A DNA stretch of 64,000 nucleotides from Mobula hypostoma. Lineage: Eukaryota. Below, piece after piece: positions 62,465 to 64,000 of the stretch. The notes under the pieces were generated by a model, which was not told the origin of the DNA, searched no databases, and worked only from the letters and a program-made list of their open reading frames with translations. The translations under genes and the position numbers were made by a program. The stretch's first letter is position 1. Every line of letters starts with the position of its first letter. The stretch covers positions 118,172,001 through 118,236,000 of the forward strand of contig NC_086104.1 in the NCBI RefSeq assembly GCF_963921235.1, given 5' to 3'.

Positions 62465-63950
62465 TTGGCGCGTAGGGTAAAGGAAAACCCCAAGGCATTC
62501 ATCAATTATGTGAAGAACAAAACGTTGACAGGAGTAAAGATAGGAGCGATTAGAGATAAAGGTCGGAAGATGTGCCTGGAGGCTGTGGAAGTGAGAGAGG
62601 GGCTCAATGAATACTTCTCTTCAGTATTCACTAATGAGAGGGAACTTGATGATAGTGAGGACAATATGAGTGAGGTTGATTTTCTGGAGCATGTTGATAT
62701 TAATGGAGCAGAGGTGTTGGAGTTGTCAAAATACATTAGGACGGGTAAGTCCCCGGGGGCTGAAGGAATATTCTCCAGTCTGCTCCACGAGGCGAGGGAA
62801 GAGATTGCTGAGCCTCTGGCTGGGATCTTTATGCCCTCGTTGTCCACGGGAATGGTACCGGAGGATTGGAGGGAGGCAAGTGTTCAAAAAAGGTAGTAGG
62901 GATAGTCCGGGTAATTGTAGACCAATGAGCCTTACATCAGTGGTGGGAAAGCTGTTGGAAAAGATTGTTAGAGACAGGACCTATGGGCATTTAGAGAATC
63001 ATGGTCTGATCGGGGACAGTCAGCATGGCATTGTGAAGGGCGGATCGTGTCTAACAAGCCTGGTACAGCTCTCTGAAGAAGTGACCAGGCACATAGATGA
63101 GGGTAGTGCAGTGGATGTGATATGCATGGATTTTAGTAAGGTGTTTGCCAAGGTACCACACGGGAGGCTTATTCTAAAAGTCAGACGCCATGGGATCCAG
63201 AGAGGTTTGGCCAGGTGGATTCAGAATTGGTTTCCCTCCGGAAAGCAGAGAGTCGTAGTGAAGGGGGTACATTCGGATTGGAGGTTTGTGACTACTGGTG
63301 TCCCACAAGGATCGATTCTGCGACCTCTACTTTTCGTGATATTTATTAACGACCTGGATGTTGAGGTAGAAGGGTGGGTTGGCAAGTTTACAGACGACAC
63401 AAAGGTTGGTGGTGTTATGGATAGTGTGGAGGATTGTTCAAGATTGCAGGGAGACATTGATAGGATGCAGAGGTGGGTGAGAATTGGTGAATGGAGTTCA
63501 ACCCAGAGAAGTGTGAGGTGGTACACTTTGGAAGGACAAACTCCAGGGCAGAGTACAAAGTAGATGGCAGGAGACATGGAAGTGTGGAGGAGCAGATGGA
63601 TCCTGGGGTCCATGTCCACAGATCGCTGAAAGTTGCCTCACAGGTAGTCAAGAAAGCTTATGGAGTGTTAGTTTTCATAAGTCGAGGGATAGAATTTAAG
63701 ATTTGCGATGTAATGATGCAGCTCTATAAAACTCTGGTTAGGCCACACTGGGAGTATTGTGTCCAGTTCTGGTCGCCTCACTATAGGAAGGATGTGGGAG
63801 CATTGGAAAGGGTACAGAGGAGATTGCTAAATGCTGCCTCATATAGAGAGTATGAATAATGATCACAGTTTTACGGAGCTAAGGCTTCACTCTTTCGAGA
63901 GAAAGAGGATGAGAGGAGACATGATAGGGGTGTACAAGATAATAAGAGGA
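62465..63950 (+). mobile_element. CR1 ORF2 (RT), frameshifted
   Basis: ORFs 62465-62896, 62670-63563 and 63491-63859 carry PQGSIL..FINDL..KFTDD and RPHWEYCVQFWSP. Confidence 0.93.
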
Positions 63951-64000
63951 AGTGGGGGGTTATATGGGAGGCAGGTTTTAAGGGTCGCCACAAAATTGTG

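Overview
Repeat-dense vertebrate genomic DNA. The CR1, Penelope, R4 and Rex1 repertoire points to a cartilaginous fish, probably a ray (inference). One complete host gene could be reconstructed, mostly missed by the ORF track: a minus-strand, 8-coding-exon Siglec/MAG-like receptor (CDS 15879->86; signal peptide, V-set, C2, C2, TM, three cytoplasmic exons; 447-473 aa depending on the exon-7 donor), with consistent splice phases throughout. It has several unusual features: an Arg inside the TM helix together with two cytoplasmic ITIM/ITSM-like tyrosine motifs, and a 5-Cys V-set domain that keeps the sialic-acid-binding Arg but lacks the flanking aromatics. The rest is mostly transposon debris. 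It includes many CR1 LINEs (one near full length), three to four Tc1 relics, two R4/Dong-like LINEs, Penelope fragments with minimal hammerhead ribozyme motifs, and tRNA-type SINEs. A Gmr1-like Gypsy element (PR-IN-RT order, SCAN-like gag, both LTRs) is nested in a Rex1/Babar LINE. There is also a possible orphan TM exon pair at about 31.7 kb, a CpG-rich unique segment at about 55.5-56.4 kb and a 149-N assembly gap. Repeat boundaries are estimated by eye.
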